32,000 nucleotides of DNA from Aciduliprofundum boonei T469 (GTDB lineage: Archaea > Thermoplasmatota > Thermoplasmata > Thermoplasmatales > Aciduliprofundaceae): contig NC_013926.1 in assembly GCF_000025665.1 (NCBI RefSeq), forward strand, positions 810,001-842,000. The letters are read 5' to 3'. The notes below the pieces were generated by a model, which searched no databases, was not told where the DNA came from, and saw nothing but the letters and a program-made list of their open reading frames with translations. Position numbers and translations under genes: made by a program. Positions 6,317 to 15,492 of this stretch are shown here, one piece after another. Positions within the stretch are counted from its first letter, which is position 1; the number at the start of each line of letters is the position of its first letter.

Positions 6317-8851
6317 TTAAATATTTACAATTGCTACAACCTTTTTCTTCCCCTTTGCAATTTTCTCATATTCTTCTACATAGGCATATCCGTATTTTCT
6401 TAGATACTCCGCTGCATCCTTTGATATATCTATTATGGCTCTTTCGTTTCCAATTCTGGCAGCAAGATTTATGCCCTTATCAAAATACTCCTTTCCTCTC
6501 TCCTTGTTCCCAAGATATGCATAAAATATTCCAAATGAATTATACACATATGCCAACTCTCCCGGAGCATCTAAATCCTCAAATATTTTCTCGCTCTTTT
6601 TGAGATATACCTTCGCATCAAAGAATTTCTCCTTGTACATGCTCCAGTTAGCCATTGAAAGATACAAAATACCAATGCCCCATTTTTCTCCAATTTTCTG
6701 GGAGATTCTCAATGCCTCTCTATAATATTTCTCGGCTATGTCATCGTAGAGGTCATAGTAAACCAATCCTATGTTTCTAATTACATTTGCAAGTCCTGAT
6801 AAATCTCCATATAATTCAAAATATTCCCGGGCTTTTTTGAAATAGGAAATTGCCTCCTCTAAGTTTCCTTCGTCCCTCTCTATCAACCCAAGCCCATTGT
6901 AAGCATAGCCTATACTTTTCAAATCTGAGCTCCTTTCGGCAATTTTTATTGCCTCTAAGATATAATCCTTGGCCTCATCTTTTTCTCCTATTTTCATACT
7001 CATAACTCCAAGTATGTAATATGCCCTTGAAATAATGCTTTCATCCCTTATGCCATTGATCTTCTTTAGGACCTCATTGAGAGTTTTTATCGCTTCCTCA
7101 TACTTTCCCATTTTACCCAATACTTCCGAAATACTTACAACTATTTTGGCGTAGAAATCCAGATCTTTTCCCTTGAAGAGAAATCTCGCTTTTTTATAGT
7201 TATCCAAGGCCTCTTCCCATTTCCCAGAAATGTAATATGTATCTCCTATTATTCCATAGAGTTTCCATTCATAGTCGTCTACATCCTTATCATAACGATT
7301 TAGAATTTCTAACGCAAGATTTCTTATCTCATTGCTACTGGTGAACAGGTACTTTTCATAATTCTCACTTAGAAGTATATTGGCCCTCATCAACTTCTCC
7401 GCATACGTATAATGATAAACTGCCTCCAAAATATCTCCATTTTCCTCGTAGTACCTCGCTGCCATAAGATGGTATTTTTTCCTCTTTTCCTCTGTAAGAT
7501 GCTCATAAACGAAATTCTTTATTATTCTGTGAACTGTGAAATTCTCATACTCCATTTCCAGCAGTATGCTCTTGTTTATGAGTGAGTAAATTATAAAGTA
7601 TTCAAAATTGTTGAGAAGAAGAACATTCATTTTGAAATTTTTTCTGAAAACAGATATAAATTCCAGAGCTTCTCTTTCCTCCTTATTCAATGTTTTCAGT
7701 ATACCTTCAAATATGAACCTTCTCATCATAGGATAATTTTGATCTTTCGCTAGATGAAGCAAGAGAGGATTTCCACCTACGGTAGAGATTATCTTTAACG
7801 CCTTATCCTCCGGCACTCCATACTGCCTCAACATATCCAAAGCATCCTCTTCTTTTAACTCTACAATCTTCAATTCCTTTACCCAACCTAATTTGGATGG
7901 AGGTACTATATCCCCTATCTCCGTACCACTTAATATTACCTTAAAATTGTTTTTAGAATTAACAAGATCTATAATTTTTCTTATCAATTTTTTTGTTTCT
8001 GTATCTGCATTTTCCACAGTGTCAAATATGAAAATCTCATCTCTCAGAGATTCTTTTATAAGAAGAATAACATTGTTCCAGTTCAAATTTCTCTCTTCAG
8101 AAAGAGCAACACTTCTCAAGTATTTTTCAATCTTGGGTATGCCAATCCTTGAGAAAAAACCTGCAATCTGGTGAATAATGCCATCCGCACTTTTCCAGTT
8201 TTCAATTTTAATAAACAGAACATTCCTATCCTTTAATCTCTCTTTTACAAATTTAAGCAATAATGTTGTTTTTCCTATTCCAGAAATTCCAGAGAGTATC
8301 AATATCTTTTTATTTGATTTCGCCCACTTTTCCATTTCTTCCAATTCTTCTTTTCTTCCATAGAATTCCCTAACTATTAAATTCTCATCTATGCTGTGAA
8401 AAGCTTTCTCTCTTCTTCTCAATATTCCCACAAGGTCCAGATTTCTATTTTTATCTAAATTTATAGCAGCGGTTACAAAATCAATTCCGTAATCCTTCGG
8501 AATATCCTTCAAAGGATGAGTTTCCCTATTACCTGAGGAATCAACTACTATAACAGGCAACTCTTTCAACTCATCTTTTATCTTATTTGCTTCAGATATG
8601 CCTTTTCTTGTGAGAAGATAAACACTTCTTTTATTTCTAACACCCCTCACGTGGCATTTCTTAACATATATCAGATCCTCATTCATCAACTTTTTTAGTT
8701 CCCTAGGAATGTTGTTTCTTCCCACACCTATTGAATTGCTAATTCCCTCCTGTGTGAGTTCCACCGGAGCGTTAAATTCATCTATAAATGATGAGTACTT
8801 TGAAAGATGAAGCAGGATACGCATTCTATTGTTAAGATATTTTCTCCCCAT
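6317..8851 (-). CDS. wHTH - STAND/NB-ARC-like P-loop ATPase - TPR repeat protein (signal-transduction ATPase / putative transcription regulator)
   Basis: 844 aa. N-terminal winged-helix-like segment (ELTQEGISNSIGVGRNNIPRELKKLMNEDLIYV..VYLLTRKG). Walker A: ILILSGISGIGKTTLL. Walker B-like: EIFIFDTVENAD. GGNPLLL resembles the GxP (GLPL) motif of NB-ARC/AP-ATPases. The C-terminal ~400 aa are recognisable TPRs (A..YY..A, G.Y.EAI..). Its stop codon abuts the peptide gene's stop (TAATTA). Confidence 0.7.
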   Translation of the reverse strand: MGRKYLNNRMRILLHLSKYSSFIDEFNAPVELTQEGISNSIGVGRNNIPRELKKLMNEDLIYVKKCHVRGVRNKRSVYLLTRKGISEANKIKDELKELPVIVVDSSGNRETHPLKDIPKDYGIDFVTAAINLDKNRNLDLVGILRRREKAFHSIDENLIVREFYGRKEELEEMEKWAKSNKKILILSGISGIGKTTLLLKFVKERLKDRNVLFIKIENWKSADGIIHQIAGFFSRIGIPKIEKYLRSVALSEERNLNWNNVILLIKESLRDEIFIFDTVENADTETKKLIRKIIDLVNSKNNFKVILSGTEIGDIVPPSKLGWVKELKIVELKEEDALDMLRQYGVPEDKALKIISTVGGNPLLLHLAKDQNYPMMRRFIFEGILKTLNKEEREALEFISVFRKNFKMNVLLLNNFEYFIIYSLINKSILLEMEYENFTVHRIIKNFVYEHLTEEKRKKYHLMAARYYEENGDILEAVYHYTYAEKLMRANILLSENYEKYLFTSSNEIRNLALEILNRYDKDVDDYEWKLYGIIGDTYYISGKWEEALDNYKKARFLFKGKDLDFYAKIVVSISEVLGKMGKYEEAIKTLNEVLKKINGIRDESIISRAYYILGVMSMKIGEKDEAKDYILEAIKIAERSSDLKSIGYAYNGLGLIERDEGNLEEAISYFKKAREYFELYGDLSGLANVIRNIGLVYYDLYDDIAEKYYREALRISQKIGEKWGIGILYLSMANWSMYKEKFFDAKVYLKKSEKIFEDLDAPGELAYVYNSFGIFYAYLGNKERGKEYFDKGINLAARIGNERAIIDISKDAAEYLRKYGYAYVEEYEKIAKGKKKVVAIVNI

Positions 8852-8969
8852 ATATGTTTAAATAGGATCAAGGGTATTTAAGATTTCCCATTCTGATCTT
8901 TTTGCAGGGTATAGAAAAATTTTATGAGTAGTTAAATTTCACATACTTTTTGCTTTTTATTTTTCGTGG

Positions 8970-8982
8970 ATAATTTTAAATA
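8970..8982 (+). promoter_or_regulatory. Putative TATA box for mre11-rad50
   Basis: ataattttaaata is centred about 27 nt upstream of ATG 9005 and lies inside the longer GTG-8966 ORF version, which argues for the 9005 start. Confidence 0.35.
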
Positions 8983-9004
8983 CCCAGAATCTTTCATTGA
9001 GATA

Positions 9005-10276
9005 ATGAAATTTGCACATATTGCCGATGCACATCTTGGCGCTTTTAGCAAGAATCCAAAGTTGAAAGAATTGAACTTAAAAGCGTTTGAAATTGCAATA
9101 CAGAAAAGTATAGAGGAGCGGGTGGATTTCATAATCATTGCAGGGGACTTATTTCATAATCCCATACCGGATATGGAGATTGTTAGAAGAGCGGTGGAGA
9201 TTTTAAAAAATGCGGTTGATAGAGGAATAAGAATCTATGCAATTTACGGCTCACATGACTTCTCTGCTGGCTCAACGGCCCTATTAGATGTTTTAAGTTC
9301 CACGGGTCTTTTCAAAAAAGTTGTGAATTACGAAGTTTATGATGGAAAATTGAGAATTCTACCAGTTGAAGATCCAACGGGAGTGAATATTTTGGGTGTA
9401 TCTGGATTAAGCTCCGCTCAGGAAGTTGAGTACTTTGAGCATATTGATAGAGATTATTTGGAGAGAATCGAGCATCCCAAAATCTTTGTTTTTCACACAA
9501 CCATAAGTGAGCTCAAGCCATCGTACATCCCGGACAGATACGCTCTGCCCAAATTCCTCTTGCCCCAGAACTTTGATTACTATGCTGGTGGCCATTTGCA
9601 CGAGAGGATAGAGAGCGAGCTGAACGGGAAGCCGTTGATATATCCCGGAGCTTTATTTGGTGCTACCTACAACGATCTGGATATTTTGAAAGAGAGGGGG
9701 TTTTACATAGTTGAAGATTTCAAGCCCAGATTTGTGCCTGTGGAAGTGTGCAAATTTTACAAAAGAGTAATAAAAGCGGATGGATATACTGCGGAAGAGT
9801 TGAATAAGAGGCTTTTAGAATTATCAAAGGAGGATTATAGCGGGCAAGTCGTTATTCTCAAAGTTAAAGGAGAGCTTCGTTCTGGAAAAGTTGGAGAAAT
9901 AGATTTTCATTCAATCAGGGAGAATATAAGGAAAACCGCAATTGATGTTCTTCTCAACACTTACTCTCTTACAACCAAAGAAAGAGAAAGGATAAATGTT
10001 GTGGCAGAGAGCAAGGAAGAGATAGAAGAAGGGGTGTTTAAGAAGATTTCAAAATATGGAATTGATGTGACAAGGAGGGCATTCAATATCCTTAAAGAGA
10101 AACAGCCCGAGGGAATGCGCAAAGATGATTTCTCAAGAGAGCTGCAGAGCAAATTACAAGAGTTAATTGATAATGTTAAAGTTGGGGAGAGGGAGGAAAA
10201 AGTGGAGGAGAAGAAAAAATTGGATGAAAATAGAAAGAGTGGAGCTCCAACACTTTTTGACTTTGGGGTGAGATAA
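9005..10276 (+). CDS. mre11: DNA double-strand-break repair nuclease Mre11
   Basis: Calcineurin-like phosphoesterase motifs MKFAHIADAHLG, AGDLFH, YGSHD (motif III with Ser where Asn is usual), FVFHTT and AGGHLHE. The charged C-terminal region ends APTLFDFGVR. The stop overlaps the rad50 ATG (TAATG). The track start GTG 8966 is rejected in favour of ATG 9005. Confidence 0.9.
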   Translation: MKFAHIADAHLGAFSKNPKLKELNLKAFEIAIQKSIEERVDFIIIAGDLFHNPIPDMEIVRRAVEILKNAVDRGIRIYAIYGSHDFSAGSTALLDVLSSTGLFKKVVNYEVYDGKLRILPVEDPTGVNILGVSGLSSAQEVEYFEHIDRDYLERIEHPKIFVFHTTISELKPSYIPDRYALPKFLLPQNFDYYAGGHLHERIESELNGKPLIYPGALFGATYNDLDILKERGFYIVEDFKPRFVPVEVCKFYKRVIKADGYTAEELNKRLLELSKEDYSGQVVILKVKGELRSGKVGEIDFHSIRENIRKTAIDVLLNTYSLTTKERERINVVAESKEEIEEGVFKKISKYGIDVTRRAFNILKEKQPEGMRKDDFSRELQSKLQELIDNVKVGEREEKVEEKKKLDENRKSGAPTLFDFGVR

Positions 10277-12684
10277 TGATAATACGCAAGATTCATCTCC
10301 ATAACATAAGGAGCTACGAAGATCAAGATATAGAATTGGGAAAGGGCATAACTCTCTTTGAGGGGGATATAGGAAGTGGAAAGACCACAATTTTAATGGC
10401 CATTGATTTTGCCCTGTTTGGCAATTCCACTCCAGATTTTTACAGAAGTTTGCTGCGCAAAGGCACAAATAGGGGATTCGTAGAGATAATTTTTGAGCAT
10501 GGAGGAAAGGAGTACAAGATAAGAAGAGTTTTGGAGGCGAAGGGCAAGGGCATAAGCAACACGGAATCTGAAGTTGAAGCACCAGAAGGAGTTGTGAAAT
10601 TAACAGCGAGCGATGTTAGGAACTATGTTTTAAAGTTAATGGGCATTGATGTTGGCTCAAGTAAGAGAAAATCCTTGCCTGTGGTAAAGTATGCAATATA
10701 CACGCCTCAAGAGATGATGAAGGTAATTTTAGAAGGTACTGGAAAGAAGGAAGAAGAGCGTCTTGATGTAATTCGCAGAATATTTAGGTTAGATGAGTAC
10801 AAAGTTGCTAGGGAGAATATTGGAATTGTTTCCAAGGAGTTGGTTTCAGAGTACAGAACTGTTGAGAGTAAGGAGGAAGAAATTGGAAGGATAGAAAGCG
10901 AGGTGAAAGAGAAAGAATTGGAGATAAAGAAAATTGAAGAAGAGATAAAAGAGCTGAATGAGAAAATTACCCAATATGAAAGAGAGTATGAAAGGAAGAG
11001 CAAAGAATGGAAAGAGGTTATGAAATTAAGGGACAGGTACGAGAACCTTCGAAGAGAGATTGAAAAGTTAAAAACTAAAATTTTGGGATTCAAAGAGAAT
11101 TTAAATAAGGCAAATAAGGAACTTGAAGAAATAGAGGTTATAAAAGAAAAGATGAAAAATATAGAAGAGGAAGCACAAAGGTATGAGAGTGTTGAAAAAA
11201 TTAGAGATGAGTTGCAGAGAAAGCTCAACGATATAATGAATACGGAGATAAGATTCAAAAAGGCTCAAGAGCGTATAAAGGTGTTAAAGGAAAAGATAGA
11301 AAAGGCGAAAAATCTGAGAGTGGAATTAGAGAAATTGAAATCTAGGAAAAATGAGTTGGAAAGTAAAACTGCGAAGATTGAAGATCTTGAAAACAGGAAG
11401 AAGGATTTAGAAGAGAGGAGGAGTGAGATAAGAGGTGTGATTGCAGCCATAAACACAAAGATAGAAGAGCTTAGAAAAGAGCTTGAAGATTACAAATCTC
11501 TGGGTGCAGTTTGTCCAAAATGCAAGAGACCTCTTACAGAAGAGCATAAAAAGAAATTGATTAGTGAGACGATTGCTAAGATTGAAGATAAAAAAGAAGA
11601 GCTTAGAAGGGCAAACGCTTCTGAGGTAAAGATAAAGAGAGAAATGCGGGAAATTGATGAAGAGATAAGAGAGCTCCAAGAGAATGCAAAAGCTCTCTCT
11701 GCAATTCAGGAGAGGATAAAGCATATAGAAGATTCAATAAAGGAGGGTGAAGAAGCAGAGAAGGAACTAGAGATTGCAGAGCGAAATTTGCCCATATTTG
11801 ATGAAGAAGAGAAGAGAAAGATGAGCGAGGAATTGGAGAAGGTTAAATTTGAAGTTGAGAGATTGAGAAATGTTTGGAGAGAGTATAATGCTTTAAAAGG
11901 AAGGGTGGAAAGAGAGGGTAAAATAATTGAAGAGATAAAAAATTATAAGTTTGAAATTGAAGGGATGGAGAAAGAACTGCAAAGGAAAAGCAAAGAAATA
12001 AACTCTTTGAATTACAGTGATGATGTATTCAAAAAGCTCAGCGAGGAATACAGAGAGATTGAAGGAATATTGAGTTCTGCAAAGAGAGTAAAGGAAGAGA
12101 AAGAAAAAAGGGTTGAAGAGCTAAAAAATGAAATTGATAAGAAGATGAAATTGATTGAAAAGTTAAGAGATGAAATTAAGCTCTACAAGAAACATGTTGA
12201 GTTTGGAAAATGGCTGAGGGATGAGTTAGCCCAAGCCTTGGAAGAGATAGAGAGATTAAGATTACTTTCTATAAATGAGGAGTTTAGACAGCTATTCGAG
12301 GATTGGTTCCATGAGATAATGGGCGAGAGCGAGTATGAAGCTACAATAGATGAAGATTTCAAGCCCATCGTGAGATACCAGAAATTTGATATGCCCATAT
12401 ATTCCCTAAGTGGCGGTGAGAGAACATCTATAGCTCTTGCTTATAGGTTGGCTCTAAATACCATGGTTAAGAGAAGTTTAAATTTGGAGTCACACCTGCT
12501 CATACTTGACGAGCCCACCGATGGTTTTAGCAAAGATCAACTCTACAAATTAAAGGATGTATTTGACAAAATGGATACGGATCAGATAATAATTGTAAGC
12601 CACGAGAAAGAGCTAATGAATCTTGCAGATACAGTGTACCATGTGGAAAAGGTAAACGGAGTATCAAAAATAAATAAAATCTGA
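10276..12684 (+). CDS. rad50: DNA repair ATPase Rad50 (SMC-like)
   Basis: 802 aa. Walker A GDIGSGKTT; long heptad-rich coiled coil; zinc hook CPKC (11512-11523); signature SLSGGERTS; Walker B LLILDEPTDGF; H-loop VSHEKE. Confidence 0.92.
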   Translation: MIIRKIHLHNIRSYEDQDIELGKGITLFEGDIGSGKTTILMAIDFALFGNSTPDFYRSLLRKGTNRGFVEIIFEHGGKEYKIRRVLEAKGKGISNTESEVEAPEGVVKLTASDVRNYVLKLMGIDVGSSKRKSLPVVKYAIYTPQEMMKVILEGTGKKEEERLDVIRRIFRLDEYKVARENIGIVSKELVSEYRTVESKEEEIGRIESEVKEKELEIKKIEEEIKELNEKITQYEREYERKSKEWKEVMKLRDRYENLRREIEKLKTKILGFKENLNKANKELEEIEVIKEKMKNIEEEAQRYESVEKIRDELQRKLNDIMNTEIRFKKAQERIKVLKEKIEKAKNLRVELEKLKSRKNELESKTAKIEDLENRKKDLEERRSEIRGVIAAINTKIEELRKELEDYKSLGAVCPKCKRPLTEEHKKKLISETIAKIEDKKEELRRANASEVKIKREMREIDEEIRELQENAKALSAIQERIKHIEDSIKEGEEAEKELEIAERNLPIFDEEEKRKMSEELEKVKFEVERLRNVWREYNALKGRVEREGKIIEEIKNYKFEIEGMEKELQRKSKEINSLNYSDDVFKKLSEEYREIEGILSSAKRVKEEKEKRVEELKNEIDKKMKLIEKLRDEIKLYKKHVEFGKWLRDELAQALEEIERLRLLSINEEFRQLFEDWFHEIMGESEYEATIDEDFKPIVRYQKFDMPIYSLSGGERTSIALAYRLALNTMVKRSLNLESHLLILDEPTDGFSKDQLYKLKDVFDKMDTDQIIIVSHEKELMNLADTVYHVEKVNGVSKINKI

Positions 12685-12721
12685 GGATTGTTTTATATAG
12701 GATTTTCTCTTAATCTGTGCC

Positions 12722-13402
12722 ATGGATAACTGGAAGAAATACGGGAAGCCATTGATAGGTTTTGCCATATCCACAGCAGTGGTTTTTGGCTCTATGAATG
12801 TTTGGATTTTGACTATTGCATCTCCAATATTCGTTTTGCTCGTTTTTAAGGTTCTCGGTGTTTGGAAGAGTAAGGAAAGAGGAATATATGGGTCTATTGC
12901 CATAGTTCTCGGGGTTATGCTTTTCTTTCTAGCTTTTTCGTATCATGTGGGGGATATGCCTCAAGGAACTTTTGATAAGAATGGTATTAAAGTGGTTATA
13001 GAGCCTTATTCCACTACAAATATGAATGCTAAATTCAATATAACTGCAACTTACCAAAAGGCCACAAATTCTTCTATGAGCTATGAAGTTACTGATATTT
13101 CTTCCTATCTGGTTGTAGATCGGGGAAGTGTAAATGGTATTATAGAGAATAACAAAACTGTTTATCATTTTCAGTTAAACTTACCTCGGGGAATCTATAA
13201 TATCACTTTAAATGTAGATAATAACAGCATCTATATCTCCGCCATAAAAGAGGAACCTATAGAACTATTCAAGAGATATGTCACTGGTCCCGGAGTTTAT
13301 CTTTCTATGCTTCTTGCAGCCCTTTATTTGCTCTTGGTTATGGGAATTCACATCACTCGAAAGGGGTACAAGATGGGGCTAAAGTATGAAAAGAAGAAAT
13401 GA
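12722..13402 (+). CDS. Hypothetical membrane protein (3 N-terminal TM + ~110-aa extracytoplasmic domain with N-x-S/T sequons + C-terminal TM)
   Basis: 226 aa. Hydrophobic segments LIGFAISTAVVFG, ILTIASPIFVLLVF, GSIAIVLGVMLFFLAF and VYLSMLLAALYLLLVMGI. Sequons NIT, NSS, NKT, NIT and NNS occur in the central part. I recognise no family. Confidence 0.55.
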   Translation: MDNWKKYGKPLIGFAISTAVVFGSMNVWILTIASPIFVLLVFKVLGVWKSKERGIYGSIAIVLGVMLFFLAFSYHVGDMPQGTFDKNGIKVVIEPYSTTNMNAKFNITATYQKATNSSMSYEVTDISSYLVVDRGSVNGIIENNKTVYHFQLNLPRGIYNITLNVDNNSIYISAIKEEPIELFKRYVTGPGVYLSMLLAALYLLLVMGIHITRKGYKMGLKYEKKK

Positions 13403-13736
13403 ATATTTAACCATTTTAATTCTTTATTCCATATTTATTTTTGCCCTATCCGCTACTCCAGGCAAGGATATTCCTAGTGATGTAACTCATTATTCTTTCC
13501 TATTTCATTTTGTTTTGTATTTTGGCTATGCTATATCTGCCTATCTTTTCTTCAAGAATTATTATCACACACTAATCTTTGTTGCTTTATATGCTGCCAC
13601 GGATGAGTTTCACCAGTACTTTGTACCCAGTAGGCACTGCGACCCTATGGATTGGACTGTTGATTTTCTCGCAGCCTTGGTTGCATTAGCCATAATATTC
13701 CTTGTAAAGAAAAGATTATTAAATGAAAAGCGTTAA
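13386..13736 (+). CDS. VanZ-like family membrane protein
   Basis: 116 aa. VanZ-like pattern HFVLYFGYA..ATDEFHQYFVPSRHCDPMDWTVDFLAALVA. Overlaps the upstream gene by 17 nt. Confidence 0.65.
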   Translation: MKRRNEYLTILILYSIFIFALSATPGKDIPSDVTHYSFLFHFVLYFGYAISAYLFFKNYYHTLIFVALYAATDEFHQYFVPSRHCDPMDWTVDFLAALVALAIIFLVKKRLLNEKR

Positions 13737-15492
13737 TTGTCTTGTGCCTGAGAATCATCTGCGTGGTTTGGAGTTAATATCCGAGGGCTATTACGATGAA
13801 GCGATAGTTTATTTTGAAAATAAGGTGAAGGAAGAACCGGAGAATTACGAGATCTGGTTCTATCTTGGAAATGCCTATTTTGAAAATAGAGATTATGGGA
13901 AGGCAATAAAAGCATACGAGAGAGTTTTATCTTTAAACTCATCATTTCAAAGTGCTTACATATCCTTAGCCAGTGCATATTTAAAGATTGGAAAGAAAAG
14001 AAAGGCAAAGAGAATAATTTTAGATGGATTAAAAAAATTTAATAATGATGAATTTTTGTATTTATCCTCCATAGTTCTTGCAGAATGTGGGTACTACAAA
14101 AATGCGGAGAAAATAATAAAGGGGCTAATAAAGAAGAGCAGGGAGGATTCATACTTGGTGGTTCTTGGCAACATATATTTTGGTATGGAAAAATATGAAG
14201 AGGCATTAAAAGCATATAAACAGGCCCTAGAGATAAACGAGAAAAATGAGGAAGCTTGGAACAATATGGGTTTTCTTTATTTCTCTTTGGGAAATTATGT
14301 GAAGGCGAGGGAATGCTACGAAAAAGCAGTGGGTATGAATCAAGGTTATAGAGAAGCTTGGTATAATTTGGGATATTTAGAGCATACTTTGGGAAATTTA
14401 AGCAAAGCAGTTTTTTACTATTGGAAAGCCCTGCAAATTGATTCAAGGGATGAAGTTACTTGGAATAATCTTGGAAATGCCCTTTACAATCTTGGGAAAT
14501 ATATGGAATCAATCCCGTATTTTATGAAATCTGTGAGCATTAATTCTGAGTATGAGATAGGATGGAACAATGTTGGGAATGCCCTAGATAAAATGGGTAT
14601 GCACAAGTATTCCATCCCGTTCCATGAGAGAGCTTTAAAGATAAATCCCAAATTCGATTATGCTTGGCATGCAAAGGGCCATGCCCTCTCTGCTTTAGGT
14701 CATTACGAAGAAGCCCTTGATGCTTTAGAGAATGCTATAGAGTTAAATTCTGAGTATGCGGATACTTGGTACTGGCGTGGCTACTCTTTGTACAAACTTG
14801 GAAGATATGAAGAAGCAATAGATTCACTCAAAATGGCTGTTAAAATTGAGCCCAATGTGAGATCGTTTGAATTGCTCGGTGATATATGCTCTTTCCTTGG
14901 ATACTATGTAGAATCATTAAGATATTACGAGGGAGCTTTAAAATATGGGAATTCTGAAGAAAAAGCAAGAATATACATCAAGATGGGTAAATATGAAGAA
15001 GCCTTGGAGTTTGTGGATAACATAACAAAGGCAAATATTCTTTACAAGCTTGGCAGGTATAATGAGATTTTGAAAATTGAGGAGAATGGAAAGGATTTAG
15101 ATTATATGAGATGTCTGGCACTCGAAGCTCTTGGAAGATACGAAGAAGCATTGAAAATTGCAAGCAAGTATAAGACAGAAAGGTTCAGAAGAGAGAGAAA
15201 ATTCATAGAATTCTTGATTAATGGTTCCAAGTTCTCGCTTGATACGAACGATAGAGATTATATACTTCGGATTGGCACTGCCCTATTAGATAAAGGCGAG
15301 TATGATAAGGCTGTTGAGATATTTAGAGATATAAAAACAAAGGAAGGTTACTACTTTCTTGGAGAAGCGTATATTGCCTTGGGAAAAGTTAAAGAGGGGA
15401 TTAGATATTTAGAAATCGCAGCAGGGATGGGTTTAGAATTAGCCTTAAAAAGATTGGAAGAGGTGAAAATGGGTGAAAAGGTATCATCTTAA
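13723..15492 (+). CDS. TPR repeat protein
   Basis: 589 aa of nearly continuous 34-aa TPR units (W..LG.AY...G.Y.KAI..YE.AL.I.P motifs repeated more than 10 times). Overlaps the upstream gene by 14 nt. Confidence 0.85.
   Translation: MKSVNCLVPENHLRGLELISEGYYDEAIVYFENKVKEEPENYEIWFYLGNAYFENRDYGKAIKAYERVLSLNSSFQSAYISLASAYLKIGKKRKAKRIILDGLKKFNNDEFLYLSSIVLAECGYYKNAEKIIKGLIKKSREDSYLVVLGNIYFGMEKYEEALKAYKQALEINEKNEEAWNNMGFLYFSLGNYVKARECYEKAVGMNQGYREAWYNLGYLEHTLGNLSKAVFYYWKALQIDSRDEVTWNNLGNALYNLGKYMESIPYFMKSVSINSEYEIGWNNVGNALDKMGMHKYSIPFHERALKINPKFDYAWHAKGHALSALGHYEEALDALENAIELNSEYADTWYWRGYSLYKLGRYEEAIDSLKMAVKIEPNVRSFELLGDICSFLGYYVESLRYYEGALKYGNSEEKARIYIKMGKYEEALEFVDNITKANILYKLGRYNEILKIEENGKDLDYMRCLALEALGRYEEALKIASKYKTERFRRERKFIEFLINGSKFSLDTNDRDYILRIGTALLDKGEYDKAVEIFRDIKTKEGYYFLGEAYIALGKVKEGIRYLEIAAGMGLELALKRLEEVKMGEKVSS

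Noticed and set aside
8966-9004. GTG-8966 N-terminal extension of mre11 (ORF track start)
   Set aside because: A TATA-like box lies inside this extension. Canonical Mre11 proteins begin at the MKFAHIADxHLG motif, which corresponds to ATG 9005.
10707-11724. Minus-strand ORFs (183, 63 and 105 aa) inside rad50
   Set aside because: They are antisense to the Glu/Lys-rich coiled coil, giving Ser/Phe/Leu low-complexity translations. Rad50 identity on the + strand is unambiguous.
9005-12684. Absence of herA/nurA next to mre11-rad50 as evidence of an anomaly
   Set aside because: Many euryarchaea encode herA/nurA elsewhere or not at all, so absence from a 32-kb window is not informative by itself.
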